This document shows, piece after piece, positions 15,941-16,678 of a stretch of DNA of 16,678 bases. How positions within the stretch are numbered: position 1 is the stretch's first letter; the number at the start of each line of letters is the position of its first letter. The notes under the pieces are model-generated. The model ran no database searches. It saw only the letters and a list, made by a program, of their open reading frames with translations, and had not been told where the DNA came from. Source of the stretch: Planctomycetota bacterium (GTDB lineage: Bacteria > Planctomycetota > PLA2 > JAEUHO01). A program made the position numbers and the translations under genes. Location: positions 1-16,678 of the forward strand of contig JBFWRP010000047.1 in assembly GCA_050248855.1 (NCBI GenBank). Reading direction: 5' to 3'.

Positions 15941-16505
15941 GACCGACCTCGAGGGGGCGGGCCTCCATCACGGGCAGGTCCGCGACGGACGGCACGCGCG
16001 TGGGCCGCGGCGTGGACGTGCGCGCGTCGAAGGGGACGAAGCCCATCCACTGCTGCGCGCTCGGATGCGCGTAGTAGGCCAGGCGCACGAGCTGGCGCAG
16101 CCGTCCAAGGCGGGCCCAGGGCGAGCGCGGCTCGTCGAACAGGCGCCGCAGCACCTCACGGCCGCGCGCGGGGTCCAGCTGGGCCACGCGCCGCCCGGTG
16201 CGGGTCCACACGGCGACGTCCACGAGGAGCAGGCCGAAGGGGATGCGCCAGCGCCGCGTGGGCTCGCGGTCGGCGAGGTAGCGATCCACGTTGTCCACCA
16301 CGTGCTCCAGCGGGACGGGATCGTCGCTGGTCGTGATCGACTCCTCCACGAGCCGCAGCACGATCGTCTCCATGGTCGGCGTCAGGACGCGCCGCCCGCG
16401 GGCCTTGCGCCCCCGCCCCTCGCGCCACCACGTGACGAGCAGCCACGGCCCGGCAAGGGGCAGCGACAGGACGAAGAGCGGCAGCCAGGGCAGCAGGCGT
16501 CGCAT
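15933..16505 (-). CDS. Hypothetical membrane-anchored protein, 190 aa; likely partner of the GMC enzyme (gluconate 2-dehydrogenase subunit 3-like by inference)
   Basis: GGGAG RBS before the ATG at 16505. Hydrophobic N-terminus, an LRQLVRLAYYAHP...MGF segment, and a stop that overlaps the GMC start (ATGCGTGA). Confidence 0.75.
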   Translation of the reverse strand: MRRLLPWLPLFVLSLPLAGPWLLVTWWREGRGRKARGRRVLTPTMETIVLRLVEESITTSDDPVPLEHVVDNVDRYLADREPTRRWRIPFGLLLVDVAVWTRTGRRVAQLDPARGREVLRRLFDEPRSPWARLGRLRQLVRLAYYAHPSAQQWMGFVPFDARTSTPRPTRVPSVADLPVMEARPLEVGHA

Positions 16506-16572
16506 GGCAGCTCCCGCACCGCAGCACGAAACGCACCCGCGGTCCATGCGGGAAGGCTGCCATGCGGGTGCG
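16501..16572 (-). promoter_or_regulatory. Leader with long inverted repeats able to sequester the RBS and AUG of the first operon gene
   Basis: 16501-16511 is the exact reverse complement of 16556-16566, and 16512-16518 pairs with 16547-16553 across a 2-nt bulge. A competing 9-bp inverted repeat joins 16532-16540 and 16564-16572. The repeats are certain, the function is inferred. Confidence 0.5.
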
Positions 16573-16678
16573 CCGCGCCGAAGACCCGCGCTGGCAGTCC
16601 TTGCGTGTTCCCGACGTCCCCTTCACGAGCTCTTCGCACGACAGCCGTAGCGTGCGGTCGTTGTCGAGGAGCATGCCC

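Noticed and set aside
1460..16336. Long plus-strand ORFs (1460-2941, 4061-5701, 6649-8211, 8344-10692, 12102-14873, 14420-16336)
   Set aside because: They lie antisense to well-supported genes, have no recognisable motifs, and are expected from stop-codon scarcity at high GC.
16575..16678. Possible gene fragment at the right edge (minus frame GMLLDNDRTLRLSCEELVKG, or a plus-strand ATG at 16673)
   Set aside because: Too short and without motifs; strand and frame cannot be decided within this window.
1..16678. CRISPR array, tRNA/rRNA genes, intrinsic terminators
   Set aside because: No regularly spaced repeats, cloverleaf or hairpin with a convincing U-tract was seen, and intergenic space is minimal.

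Overview
Very GC-rich bacterial DNA; a Planctomycetota-like source is my inference from the tandem CarboxypepD_reg-repeat proteins. All supportable genes are on the minus strand. In transcription order (right to left) there are three parts. (1) A tightly coupled five-gene operon: small membrane-anchored partner protein, GMC oxidoreductase with a Cys4 motif, GH3-family acyl-acid amido synthetase, PAP2 phosphatase and GT4 glycosyltransferase. Its leader can fold over the first RBS and start codon. (2) Three tandem paralogous 1084-1275 aa proteins, each with an N-terminal anchor and about 11-13 carboxypeptidase-regulatory-like beta-sandwich modules, preceded by a candidate ECF-sigma promoter. Paralogs A and B are well diverged yet end in a perfectly identical 87-bp stretch. 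(3) The left end and first 13 codons of a probable IS1182-family element, abutting the CTAG that contains the last paralog's stop codon; this is not in the supplied ORF track. Long plus-strand ORFs are judged antisense shadows.
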